Shown here: piece after piece, positions 24,040 to 36,235 of the stretch
Position numbering within the stretch: position 1 is the first letter of the stretch
How the letters are laid out: the number at the start of each line of letters is the position of its first letter
Notes under the pieces: model-generated
Told to the model about the DNA's origin: nothing
The model's input: the letters and a program-made list of their open reading frames with translations, nothing else
Database searches by the model: none
Translations under genes and position numbers: made by a program
DNA from: Callorhinchus milii
Lineage: Eukaryota
Reading direction: 5' to 3'
NCBI RefSeq assembly: GCF_018977255.1
Contig: NW_024704805.1
Span: forward strand, 1 to 64,000
DNA length: 64,000 nucleotides

Positions 24040-24343
24040 GGCTCTTTGCCGCAGTAACATACGGCAATGTCCCTGATCAGGACCGTGACAATTCTCAATT
24101 CGAAATCTTCACTCGTTTTATTGACTTTGGAGGAGAATCGATCTGGGAAGTCAGAGCTCCTGCAATCCTTCCCTGCAAAAGAGTAAAGTATGTCGACAGC
24201 AGCGATCCTGGAAGCTTGTCTGTAACAGTAGAGAGCGGTGGTATCATTGATTTCCTTTAAGGTGCACGATAATTTCACATATTTTCCCTCTTCAACTGAT
24301 ATATCAACAATCGGTTGTTTCCAAGAGTCTTGCTGGCTGTATC
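24040..24343 (-). pseudogene. TCR alpha/delta V, open exon but probably non-functional
   Basis: YSQQDSWKQPIVDISVEEGKYVKLSCTLKEINDTTALYCYRQ...FPDRFSSKV...DIAVCYCGKEP has the conserved Trp changed to Cys and YYC changed to CYC. RSS: CACACTG, 23 nt, ACAACATCT (24001-24039). Candidate leader 24502-24541 contains a stop. Confidence 0.75.
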
Positions 24344-24662
24344 CTGAAATTTAAAAGAACATATTTTTGACCAGCAATTTGGTCTAATGTGGAGTCCAGT
24401 TATGTTTTCGTCAGAGCTTTCGCCTCACAAGCAAAAATATCTGGGTTCTATACCAGGCCAGAGCGAAACCTTAGGCAATTGCTCCATACGCCAATGTTTA
24501 CCAAGCAGCAAATAGGGACAAGATTGTTATTCGACTGGCATCTCCCTTTTCCAAGGGTAATGTGCCCTTCAATAAGAAATCGATTATAAAATAGATAAAA
24601 ATATGGTCACTGAATCCCTGACTATTTGGTAAAACTGCTGCTGACAATCGTCTCGAATATAT

Positions 24663-25010
24663 GGAGTCATGTAGCTCAATGGTTAGAGCACTCGCCTTGC
24701 AAGCGACAGACCTCAGTTCAATTCCAGGCAGGGCGAAACCTTGGGCAAGTTTCCATACTCAACTCACCTAATAATAAGTTTCCTTACTCCACACGCCTAA
24801 TAATAATCCCTCCAAAACCAAAACAATAATAAATTGGTCATTTTCAATCACGACTGTTTGTGGGACATTGCTGTGCGCAATTGGCTGCCGTGTTCGCCCA
24901 CAAATATACAGTCAATTCATTTTACAGTGTGTTCTGTGAAGCGCTTTGGGACGTCCTCCCGACGTGAAAAGCGCTATATCAAATGCAAGCATTATTATTA
25001 TTATTATTAT
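24663..25010 (+). mobile_element. tRNA-derived SINE, full-length
   Basis: A/B boxes, same body and tail as 2551-2887, (ATT)n end. Confidence 0.85.
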
Positions 25011-25229
25011 ATGGAAAGGCGCAACATCTAATCAAATGATTATTAATGTTATATTGCTGTAAAAGGTATAACAAGATATTAAGAAAAGAAGATGTACAAA
25101 AGATACTGACGGTATCAAAGTAAGCTGAGAGTGATTGAAAGCACAGCACATGTTTCCCACTTGAGCATCATGATGCCGTGTCTGACATTCACCCCCCAAT
25201 GTGGATTGATGGTTCTTTTGGGCTCAGTA

Positions 25230-25520
25230 GCCATCCAGTTACAGCCCCGCCCACAAATAGCCCCGCCCACAGAGCCGCTGCCACGCCCACAGAGCTGCGT
25301 CACTCAGTCACAGCCCCGCCCACACAGAGCCCCGCCCACAAAGCCACTGTCACGCCCACACAGAGCCCCGCCCACACAGCCACTGCCACGCCCAGAGAGC
25401 TACGTCACTCAGTCACTGACCCGCCCGCACTGAGCCGCATCGCCCAAGCTCTGCCGACACGTTACAGCTCTCCGCCCACACAGCGCCCCGCCCCCTCCAC
25501 TCCCCGCACAAAAACACACA
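25230..25520 (+). repeat. GC-box-rich minisatellite (CACAGCCCCGCCCACACAGAG-like units)
   Basis: Multiple CCCCGCCCAC and CCACGCCC units. Confidence 0.75.
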
Positions 25521-27301
25521 CAGTGCCACACAATCAGGTCACTCAATCCACAATATTGTGTGGGCCACTGTTTTGCACAGTTGTCTACCACGTTTGATCC
25601 GCACAATACAATCTAACGCCCCACACACCTCCCCCCACTTCACCTCCTCCATTCCACACCCGAAGATTAACCCACACCCACAGTGCCAAAAATTAAGGCA
25701 ACTCAAACCCCAAGGTTTTGTGGGACACTGCTGTACACAATTGGCATCAAACAATATAGCGACTCCACTTTTAGGCGTCGTCTGTGAAGAGCTGTGACAC
25801 GTCTCAATGACGTAATTTGGCAGTGTATAAAATGCAACCTTTGCTTTTATTATCGTTACTGTAAAAATGTTGAATAAGACATGCCCCTACAATAGTTTTC
25901 ATTATTCGTGTTGGAGAAATGCTTTTATCAAATAAAGACTTGTCATTTCATCGATTCGCCTCAAACCTTCTCTCAGGTTTTAACGTCGAGAACAGAGTTT
26001 GTCAACTTTGCCTCCAATTTGTATAGAACAATGACTGCTCTGGAGTGTCAGCCCAGAACATCAGAATATAATCCAGTACATGTTACATAGCGACTTCGGT
26101 CGCTTTTGAATGTTTCAGTTTCGTGATGAAATATCTAAGATTTTTTTCATTATGTAATAATAAATTTGTTAAATAGCTTATCATTCACATTCATTGTAGT
26201 TGCCTGCATAAACAGTGAGACGGTGAGATATATTTTTTTCACACTGCGAGTTGTTCTGATTTTAAATGCATTGCCTGAAAGGGTGAAAGAAGCCGATACT
26301 GTAACAACGTTCTTGAGAGAATTGCTACACCGCAGAGAAAACAATTTAAGAGCGGCTACTCTTTGGTAAAACGTAATAATATAGAATATGTGAAACATAA
26401 ATTGTTTCTTGATCAACCTAAGCGTCGTGTTAATACTTTAGTCAATATTTCCAAATTTCGGTTGAAGCAGCAATAGTGTATATGTATGAACTCTGTCAGC
26501 TGCAACAGGAAGCACCTGGTATTGCTGTTAATGAAGTTCGTTACAGAAAGAAACGTGAGAAGTTATGTGAGTTGCAGTCCGTGTTGTCTATGTTTGTTTA
26601 GTGCGCCATCTGCTGGTGGCTTATAGTTGCATCACGTTCAGAATTGGGAACGTTTCACAGCATAATTGTTTTGGGCCCATCTTGCCTTCCTTGGTGCTAT
26701 CTTCCCCACCGCAATTTTACACATTAGTCTCATTTCTCTGCTCGTTCGTCATATTTTCTGTTCTTCGATGTTATTCACATTCTCTTACTTTGACGTGTCT
26801 CTTTGCTAGCACTTGCTGCCCCACTTGCATGTGGCAGCGCTCCCCAGAAAGCAAGACATCTTTGTTTATTACTTGGATGATAATATGACTAAAGCTAATA
26901 CCAATAATAATAAAAGTTGCATTTGATATGGCGCCATATCACATCTTCGAGACGCCACTCGGAGCTTCATAGAATATACCGTTAATGAATTGACTGCATA
27001 TTGTGAGGGTGAAGCACGGCAGCAAATTGTATACATCGGTGTCTCATTGGAGGAAGTGACCAATTTATTATTAACACTATTATTCAGAAGGCATTATTGT
27101 CCCTGGAATATCGATACTCCAATCGATTAACAACCTGCTTCCAACTGACTGCAGGTAAACAGAGACGTGTGTGAGGAATAAGAAAAGATGCACAATGATT
27201 CGTTCTGCTGGCTATTGAAACAACGTCTCTCGCTTGTGAGGCGAGTGTTCTAACCGCAAGGCAGTTTTTGTAGGGCGGAACCACTGATCTGTGCCTCTGT
27301 G

Positions 27302-27614
27302 GGTCTCAGTGCACAGTAATACCTCGCGGAGTCTGTAACTCTCACTTGCAATATATTTAATGGGACGGTTCTCTCCGCTTTAGACACATTCGTTGAGAAA
27401 CGTTCTTCTGCAAAGTACGCGCCGTCCTTGATCCTGTTGTTGGTGTCTGTGCTAAGGATATATTCTGGAGATGTGTTGGGAAAGTGTCGATACCAGAAAA
27501 GATACGTATTGTAGCCGCTTGTAGCTGTATCATTGCACATCAGGTAAACATCCTCCCCTTCAGTCACTGTCACAGTAGATTGGAGCTGAGTTACAGCGTC
27601 TCCTCCACAATGTC
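27302..27614 (-). CDS. TCR alpha/delta V exon, apparently functional
   Basis: HCGGDAVTQLQSTVTVTEGEDVYLMCNDTATSGYNTYLFWYRHFPN...DSARYYCALRP. RSS: CACAGAG, 23 nt, ACAAAAACT (27263-27301). Confidence 0.9.
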
Positions 27615-28103
27615 CTGGGAACCAGACCAATATCAGCGTTCAATACCATAAGAATAATCATAATACAAATTATTGCTTTTCATACAGCACCATACTACAT
27701 CATTGCGTCTCCAAATGCTTCATAGAATATTCTGAGAATGTGTATTGTGTGGTCGACACGTGGCAGCAAATTGCGCAAAGCATTTTCCTTATAAAAGTTC
27801 ATGGAATGACTGATAGCATTATTATTACTGGTACGCGTTAAGAGATTATTAACACCGAAAACTGATCGGACGATCGACCAACGAACGGGTCCCAACATGT
27901 CTCGAGGTAAACAGTGGTGCGTGTGTGGAGGAAGGAAACTTGCCTGAGGTTCCGCTATGTCCAAGCCGGGAACTAAACCCAAGTCAGCACGTTTGCTGCA
28001 GGAATGCATGAGTCGTGTACCGTATTGGTTATGTAATGCAAAAATATATATTCATTGGATAATATGCACATGAAGCAGATAATAGAGCGAGTTTGTCGCT
28101 TAC

Positions 28104-28149
28104 CTGACAAGGTAATGATCACTGCTACCACATAGACATACATTGCCAT
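28104..28149 (-). CDS. Leader exon for V at 27302-27614
   Basis: MAMYVYVVAVIITLS with phase-1 donor G|GTAAGC. Confidence 0.85.
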
Positions 28150-28890
28150 GTGTGTTTAATGTCACGGGACGTTGAGAGAGCGTTGATGGTGTAGTTGGAG
28201 AAAGTTGGCTGCAGGAAAGTAAGGTACCGTGAGGAGGGCTAAATAGGAAACAACATAAAGAAGTTGTCATATGCTCTGAGGGAGCAGGTCTGAAGGTTAT
28301 GTACAAACCTTGTGTCTCTGTCATCGTGCGTCAGCTTCTCTGCTCCGCCATCTCGCTCATCCAATAGTTCTCTTCCATCAGTGACTTGTCCTTGTTGAGC
28401 AGTGTGTCTGCACCAAGTTACACCCATATTTCAGTTCACGAAAACACATACATCAGTTCCGCATATATATGCCATCTTCGCGTGTAAATGTGCCTATGGA
28501 AACGAATTTTCTCTTTCTCCCTGGAGAAACGCATAGTGTTTGCTTAATTTAACAGATTACTGGGTGCTGTCAGGCAAGAGACAAGACTTGGTGAGGTATG
28601 TATATTTTGGGCTACATTCTGGTACATTAGTTATCTTTTGTTGTTATGTTCAGCCGCTGTCTGCTGGCAGGAAAAAGCGTTTTTTTCCATAGAACCAGGG
28701 TCCGCTAGTTTGCAAAACGACTGCTTAATCCCATATACAACAAGACAGCACAGCCTGTTTACACCACTCTCCTTGTTGTCATTGTATAACCACATCAGTT
28801 TGCTGAAAGCACCAAATCAAATACGTGAGCGGAAGTCATGACTTTCTGATGAGTTTTTGTATGGGGAATGTACCTTCCTTTAACAGTGTG

Positions 28891-29188
28891 GGCTCCAGGG
28901 CACAATAATACACAGCGATGTCACCCACAACAGGCCCGAGTATCTGCAGCTTAATTACTTTATTCTTCTTGATCAGCACAGCAGTGAAACGTTCAGGTAG
29001 ATCAGAAGATTTATTTACCTTTACAGAGGTAAATATCCTGAGCACGTATTTAAGCGCTCCGTCGGGATTATGCTTGTACCAGAAGACAGTATCCAATCTT
29101 GAAATACTGCAGTGTAGCCTCACGTCTTGCCCTTCAATTTCTGTTTTCTCGCGAGGATATTGGGATAGAACATCTTGCCCGCTAACTT
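28891..29188 (-). CDS. TCR alpha/delta V exon, intact ORF; leader donor appears mutated
   Basis: VSGQDVLSQYPREKTEIEGQDVRLHCSISRLDTVFWYKH...DIAVYYCALEP. RSS: CACACTG, 23 nt, ACAAAAACT (28852-28890). Leader candidate 29622-29667 (MTALCQLLIAILTKA) is followed by ATAAGT instead of GTAAGT. Confidence 0.85.
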
Positions 29189-31147
29189 CTGCAAAAATAA
29201 TAACAACACATTTTTCCGAGCAACTTAAAATTTGCTTTCATCCATTTAATATTGCACGTTATCACACGATTCAGACGTCTCAAAGAAACCACAGAATATA
29301 GTGTAAAGTGAATTAGTTATATTTTTGAGCGAAACTTAGCAGACAATTGAACTCAGCAGTACTACACCGATATTATTGGTAATTGATTAATAATTTATTG
29401 AGTGATTTACCTAGGAAAGCGATTGGCAATCGACTATCAAAGTGTTTCCTACTCACTGCTGGGGAAACATATTCGTGAGGTGTAAGCAACTCGCTGAAAG
29501 GTTTCACTGCCCGGCAATCAAACTCGAATTTCCTCGCTGGTGAGGCGACATGTCTAACCATTTAGCTTCGGAAATTTTATGATGTCAACATCATGCACTG
29601 TGCATGTCCACACATACTTATTGGCTTTGGTGAGGATTGCTATCAGTAACTGGCAGAGAGCTGTCATGTTGGCTGCTGAGGTGTGGACAGATAACGGAAT
29701 CTCTTCCTTTGTATATCGCTGTGTTGCTGCTTCAGTGACAAGTTGTGTGGCAGCGGCTGATCTGTCGGTTTCAGTGCTTTATTACCTCCAATTGTAGGCG
29801 TTTCTCACTAACCAGAGGATCTTCAACGTGATCCTCTGGCGAGTAGGTGCAACGGATTTGCGCTAGGGTGGGACGCAAGTTTTACCCACTAACTATTTCT
29901 TTTACAATATATTATTTGAAGCGCTTTGAGACGTCTACAAGACGTGATCGGGCCCGATACCAAATGAAATTTTGTTTTTATTTTAAATGTTGTTATTATG
30001 GTTAATGCATTCAATAATTGATGAATGCTTGAGCCATGCAGCAGAGCGAAAAGGAATAAAGATTTACATTCTGTCATCAAGGCTGAGGTGACAACGTTAC
30101 TCTGCTGATGATACTTTATCTTATCAGGATCTTGAATTTGATCTGCCGTGGATTGGAGGACAGTTCTACTGGGATAGGATATCAGTATTCGCGTTTCACC
30201 AACTCTCAATTTGTTTTAAAGTGTATTCTGTGAAGCGCTTTCAGACGCCTCCACTATAAGATAAGTTGCTATATCAAACGTAAAGCTCAGGAATATTTTC
30301 ATTATTGTTATGAATGCATTGATTTGGTTGGTCTTGTACGTTGCAGCCGAGCTATTAAAAGTTTACTATCTATCATCAAGCCTGAGGTGAAAACCTAACT
30401 CTGTTGCTGGAACTTTCACTTATGATGCTGAATGTTCCTGGTTCTGTCCCCATTTCAGCAGCTCACAGTGCATCCAGCATAGTACTTGAATTCTTAATTT
30501 GAATGAAACTGGGTCAGTTTTAATCTCTTTTTCAAATTAAACCAAATAAATGACTATTTTACTCTTAACAAAATCTATTACGTTTATTTCCGCAATCATA
30601 TACCAGAAAGGTTGGCTGCGTATTTTGGAGAACGAAAATAAATATAAATATTTACACAAATATTGTTTCTTGAGCTAACTGTGTTTTGTGCTTATCATGT
30701 TTTATGTGAGGTTCTTACATTTCAGCTCAAGCAGCAACAGTGCATATGAAGGAATTATGTCAAATATAAAAGGAAGCACCTGGTATAGCTGCCAAGGAAG
30801 TTAGTTGCAGAAAGGTAGGTAGATGAGGCAAGTGACAAGTTATGTCAGCTGCAAACTCATGTTATATGTGTATTTAGTGCGACACCTGCTGGAGGATTGC
30901 AGCTGCAGAACGTTAGAATTGGAGACTGAATTTAGCAATATATTTTAGGTTTGTTTTAGCTTTCCATGAAGAATGGCGCTATGTAAATGCAAATAATAGT
31001 TTCCTATTTTTTCCTACTTATAAAAGGAGCAGGGGAAGAAACTTCCACGTGCAGGTCTCCCCTGAAACCAAAATATTTGAAGCTATTTCTGTGACAATAA
31101 CATGATCATATTTCTTAGTATAGAAATCCTTGCATATCCTTGCATTT

Positions 31148-31464
31148 GGAACCCTGTCGCGCAGTGGTTAGAGCACTCGCTTTGCAACTGAGAGACTTAA
31201 GCTCAATTCCAGGCAGGGCGAAACCTTGGGCAAGTTACCTTACTCCACACGCCTGATAATAATCCCTCGAAAACCAAAACCATTAACAAATTGGTCATTT
31301 TCAATGTACGACTGTTTGTGGGACATTGCAGTGTGCAATTGGCTGCCGCGTTCGCCCACAAACATACATTCAATTCACTTTAGAGTGTGTTCTGTGAAGC
31401 GCTTTGGTACGTCCTCCCGACGGAAAAAGCGATAAATCAAATTCAAGGTTTATTATTATTATTT
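31148..31464 (+). mobile_element. tRNA-derived SINE, full-length
   Basis: Same family head, body and tail. Confidence 0.8.
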
Positions 31465-31832
31465 CATAATAATAGAAACCTTGCATATGATATACTGCCG
31501 AGTCGCATCAAGAGATGCTTAAAAGCGCTCTAAGTAATGTGCTGTAAATCAATTGACTGCCGATTTTAAGGTCGAAAAGCAGCAGCCAATTGCACACGTC
31601 ACTGTCTAACTGGAATAGCTGACCATTTTAACATTAATATTATTATCTTGCATATTATTATCTATTAACCCTGGAAGATTGATCCGTCCGTCGAATAACA
31701 ACAGCGTTCCTTCTTTTACTGCAGGAATCGAACCCAGTTGATCCCGCTTCGAGTCATATGCTATGAACACTGAGCTACAGGAAACCACATGGCAGTCTTT
31801 GTGGGGCGAAATTGCTGAGCTGTGCCTCTGTG

Positions 31833-32144
31833 GGGCATAGTGCACAGTAATACCCGCGGAGTCTGTCACTCTCACTTGGGATATATTTAATGGGACGGTT
31901 CTCTCCGCCTTGGATACTTTCGTTGAGAAACGTTCTTTGGCAATGTCCGCATGTTGCTGGTCGTTGTTCTTGTTGTCTGTCCTCAGGATATATTCTGGAG
32001 CTTTGTTCCGATAGTGACGGTACCAGAACAGATATTTATAATTGCTGTTTGTAGCTGTGTAATTACACTGCAGATAAATATCCTCTCCTTTATTCACTGT
32101 TGCAGTAAATTGGAGCTGTGTCACAGCGTCTCCTCCACAATGTC
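31833..32144 (-). pseudogene. TCR alpha/delta V pseudogene (paralog of 27302)
   Basis: A 1-nt deletion just before YYC (312 vs 313 nt) shifts the frame to GITVHYAP. RSS: CACAGAG, 23 nt, ACAAAGACT (31794-31832). Leader 32649-32694 (MTMYIYVLAAIIILS) has donor TTAAGC. Confidence 0.88.
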
Positions 32145-33859
32145 CTGGAAACCAGACAAACATCAGCGTTCAATTCAATCATAATGATATTGCTAATATT
32201 TGATACAGCGCCTTATCAATTCGTCGGGATGTCTCGAAACCAACCACCTCACAGATTGTATGCCTGTGACAGCCAGTTCCCCACATTATTGTCCATCTAA
32301 CATTCATGGATTGAGTGAACACAATGTTCTTATCAGTAGTCACATATTTAAAATAATTATTAACCCCTGAAATGCGATCGAACAAATCACTAGCAAACGG
32401 GCACACACTGACTGCGACCGAAACACAGGTAGGTGTGTGGAGTGAGGAAGCTTTCCAAAGTCTTCCCTTTGTCCCAACCGGGAATCAAACCGAGGTCATT
32501 TCGCTTGCGAGGCCAGTTTGCTAAATTCCGCTAAGCTATTCGGTAAGCTACAGTTCTCCATGAGTCTTATAGCGTATTGTTTATTCTATGCAATAACACA
32601 TAGACTTTGGATAATATGTGCCGGAACCAGACTGCTTTTGTCGCTTAACTGATAAGATAATGATGGCTGCTAATACATAGATGTACATTGTCATACGTAT
32701 GTAATGGCGTGAGGCGTTGAGAGAGCGTTAATAGTGTAGTTGTGGAGTGTTGGCTGGGAGTCTGTAAGATACCTTGTGAAGGGCTGAGCAGGAAACGACA
32801 TGCAGAAGTTGCCATATGCTGTGAGGGAGCGGCTCTGTGGTTATATACAAATCTTGTATTTCTGTCATTGTGCGCCATCGTCTCTGCTCTGCCATCTCGC
32901 TCCTCCAATGGTTCTCTTCCATCGTTGCCATGTCTTTGCTCTGCCGGGATTGACAATCAGCAAGCTACACCCACATTTAAGTTCCACATATTTGTTAACT
33001 GTGGGTGTAAACGTACGTGTTGAAAGGAACTTACGCTTTCTTCTGGAAGGGAAACAACTGCTTAATCATTTTCACAGGTTTCTAGGCGCAAGTTTGCTGG
33101 GGACAATATTAGCGGTGGTAAATATAAGTTGGGCTACATTTTGGTTATATATCATCAATCATCTTTTATTACTGATGTCCAAGATTGATTATGCCAACTA
33201 TCTGCTTGCAGTTCTACCCCTCTCTTCCCTTCACTAGGTACAGACTATTCACATGTCTGCATTCATAGTAATAATGATAATTATTGTAATTGATATAGGG
33301 AAAAATCGTGATTACGATACGTCTTTAAGCGCTTCAGAGAAAATACTAATAATAATCATTACAACTATCATTACACTTGATGTAGCGCCTTATGTATAAC
33401 AGACGAATAAAAGCGCCTCACAGAACATAATGGAAAGTAGATCGGTGGGATGTTTAGCAGGAGAAATGGAGCAGCCAATATTGTACAGCAATGCTCCATA
33501 AATATATGGGAAATTTATTTTATTATTATCCGTAAAGCAATTTGTTGAGCAATAAATGCCACCGTTTCATACTTATTCCCCGTTAAAAAGAGACGTGCGT
33601 GTAGAACAAGGGAACCTGACTTGGGTTTAGCGTTCTCAGGACCAGTCAATAAACCGAAGTCCTCTCGTTTGGATGGCGACTGTTATAACCTCAATATTAC
33701 AAGACACAGCAGTCCTGCAGACATGCATCATTAAAAAGGAAATTAAGGGAAACTGAGAGGAAGTGAGTGCTGAGCATTCACTGTGATGAACAAGATGGGA
33801 ATTGCTGGCTGATCACTGGAGGTTTGTGTACGGCCTCTCTATGTAACTGTCTCACTGTG

Positions 33860-34138
33860 TCTCCACTGCACACAAGTAGGCGGCAGCGTCTGTCACTTCT
33901 GTGCCTGTGATACTCAGATTACTTTTCCCGTCTCTATAGCTCATCGTAGCTGTGATCCTCTCCTTCTGCTGCTCTCCTGCCTTTCCTGTTACCAAGTGTG
34001 TGGGAGCCTCGTTCGGATACTGTCTGTACCATTGAAAGGTCTGAGCGTCTGTTGCGGAACAGCTGATATGAACTTTTTCCTTCTCCCCAACAGTCACAGA
34101 GAATGGCGTCTGGTAGACTTTCTCCTGACATCTGACTC
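33860..34138 (-). CDS. TCR alpha-like V exon, apparently functional
   Basis: VRCQEKVYQTPFSVTVGEKEKVHISCSATDAQTFQWYRQYPNEAP...DAAAYLCAVET. RSS: CACAGTG, 23 nt, ACACAAACC (33821-33859). Confidence 0.9.
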
Positions 34139-34247
34139 CTAGTAAACGAAAGAAAATCTGTTCATGAAAGTCACTCGTTAATTGTGGTCGAATTAAATAC
34201 AATGTGTCGCAAAGCGCAAGCGGGGTTCATCTGTGAAACATACTCAC

Positions 34248-34305
34248 TCCAGAGCAACACGGCAGCTTTCAGGAGGATGAAGAGTAAAGTGTATTCGCGC
34301 TTCAT
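34248..34305 (-). CDS. Leader exon for V at 33860-34138
   Basis: MKREYTLLFILLKAAVLLW with phase-1 donor A|GTGAGT; 109-nt intron. Confidence 0.85.
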
Positions 34306-35313
34306 AACGAATCTTTCTGCGCTTTAGTGAAGAAAATAAAATTTCCTTTAAAACCGTAGGCAGTTTTCCTTACTCCACCCGCATCTGTTTACCGAACAGT
34401 AAACAGGAACCGGATTGTCAGTCGATTGATGGATCGCTTTACAGGGTTAATAAACCCTCAAAAAGATTGTTACTCAATCCACGACCCTTCGAGACACTCT
34501 GCCGTGCACGGTTCGTTCTCGAGTTTCGCCGCCCAATCAACACACGGTCACTAGACTTGAGAATGCATTGTATGAAGCGCTTTGAGACGCTTCAGAGACA
34601 AGATAAGGCCCTGTCTCAAATGTCAAAGATTGTTATGGTACAGACAGTCAAAAGAATGTTGGATGAGCTGTTCAGTGGAAGCACCTGAGTGTGTGCAGAC
34701 GGATGGACAATGGTATAATATGTGTTGGCCTCACATCCCAGGGGCACAGTGTCAATTTGTTAACGAATCGAAACGTGCAATTGATTTCAAAGCGAAAGTT
34801 GTGGAGCCACGTAACGTCAGCAGTTTCTCAGATATCTCTACCCAAGTAAGTTGAAAGTTTACTTCCCGTCACTTTCCGCTCTTGATTTCTGGGTTAGAGC
34901 GGTTTGGATACAATACACTAGTTTTCTAGCATAATTTATGACTGCAAGTGATTGTACTGTACGATTGATTCTGATGAATAACGCTTCATATTTTAACGTT
35001 CATTTGTTGTAAAATATGTGTCTGACACATTTGAAAACCAATCACCATGCTGATGATTATCCAAACCAAATTGAGAGATATAATAATAATCCTTGCATTT
35101 GGGACGTTTCAATGCGCTTGAGAGGCTATAAGTTAAATTGCAGTGACTGTGTGTTTTTGTGGGATAAAAACAACAGCTAATTTGGTCTAACGTTTTGTCC
35201 TGCCGAGAATCGATCGAAGGCCCTGTCGTCTGTGAGGCGGGTGCTTCAACCATTGATCTACATTAACCCCAATATGTTTTTGTACAGACGGCTGTTACAC
35301 ACGCAACACTGTG

Positions 35314-35587
35314 CTCGCCGTACAGAAGTAAGTTGCGGTGTCCGACACCGGCACGCCTTGGATTGATAGCCTGCTTCTGTTATCTTTTACAACCGTCGAA
35401 GCCCTTATCCTGTCCTTCACATTTACCTCACTTGTTCCCAAAATCAAAAACAGGATAGAGCCGTTTCTATACTGTTTGTACCATTGAAAGAAAGAGTTGG
35501 ACACAGTGGTGGTGCACTCCACAGGTACATTTCCTTTTTCATTCTCTGACAAGGCCCGAGTTCTCTGTGACACCTCGTTTTCAGCCA
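35314..35587 (-). CDS. TCR alpha-like V exon, 5' end and leader lost in the N gap
   Basis: AENEVSQRTRALSENEKGNVPVECTTTVSNSFFQWYKQY...SDTATYFCTA. RSS: CACAGTG, 23 nt, ACAAAAACA (35275-35313). Confidence 0.87.
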
Positions 35588-35734
35588 NNNNNNNNNNNNN
35601 NNNNNNNNNNNNNNNNNNNNNNNNNNNNNNNNNNNNNNNNNNNNNNNNNNNNNNNNNNNNNNNNNNNNNNNNNNNNNNNNNNNNNNNNNNNNNNNNNNNN
35701 NNNNNNNNNNNNNNNNNNNNNNNNATTAAAAAAT

Positions 35735-35735
35735 T

Positions 35736-35803
<68 letters not shown>
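35735..35803 (+). repeat. (GAAA)n microsatellite
   Basis: Direct reading. Confidence 0.95.
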
Positions 35804-35984
35804 AGAATCACAAAGTGAACAAGAGAAAGCCTGGGAAAGACAGTCAGACGGAGAAATTGGGCAAGAGTATAAAATAAAGTGCAGTGACTTTGTGTTTTGT
35901 GGGAAAGACTGAGAGATTGACTAAGAGAGAGACATAGGGTGAAAATACATTAGAACATGTATGTACATTGCTTTTGTGGGAGAG

Positions 35985-36235
35985 ACTCAGAGAGAGAGAG
36001 AGATAGGTAGAGAGCGAGGGAGAAAGGGGGAGAGAGGCGACGAGAGAGAGAGAGAGAGAGTGGGAGAGGGAGGGAGAGAGACGAAGATAGACGGAGATAG
36101 AGATGGAGGCGAGAGGGAGAGAGACATCGATACAGAGAGAGACTCAGGTAGACTCAGAGAGAAAGATTGCGAGAGATTCAAAGAGACTGAGATAGGCTAA
36201 GAGACACTGAGAGAAAGACAGAGAAGGTGAGAGAC
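35985..36235 (+). repeat. GA-rich low-complexity tract
   Basis: Direct reading. Confidence 0.85.

Noticed and set aside
24663-24745. tRNA-like sequences with A and B boxes (many copies)
   Set aside because: They continue into a shared SINE body and tail and do not form complete cloverleaves; these are SINE heads, not tRNA genes.
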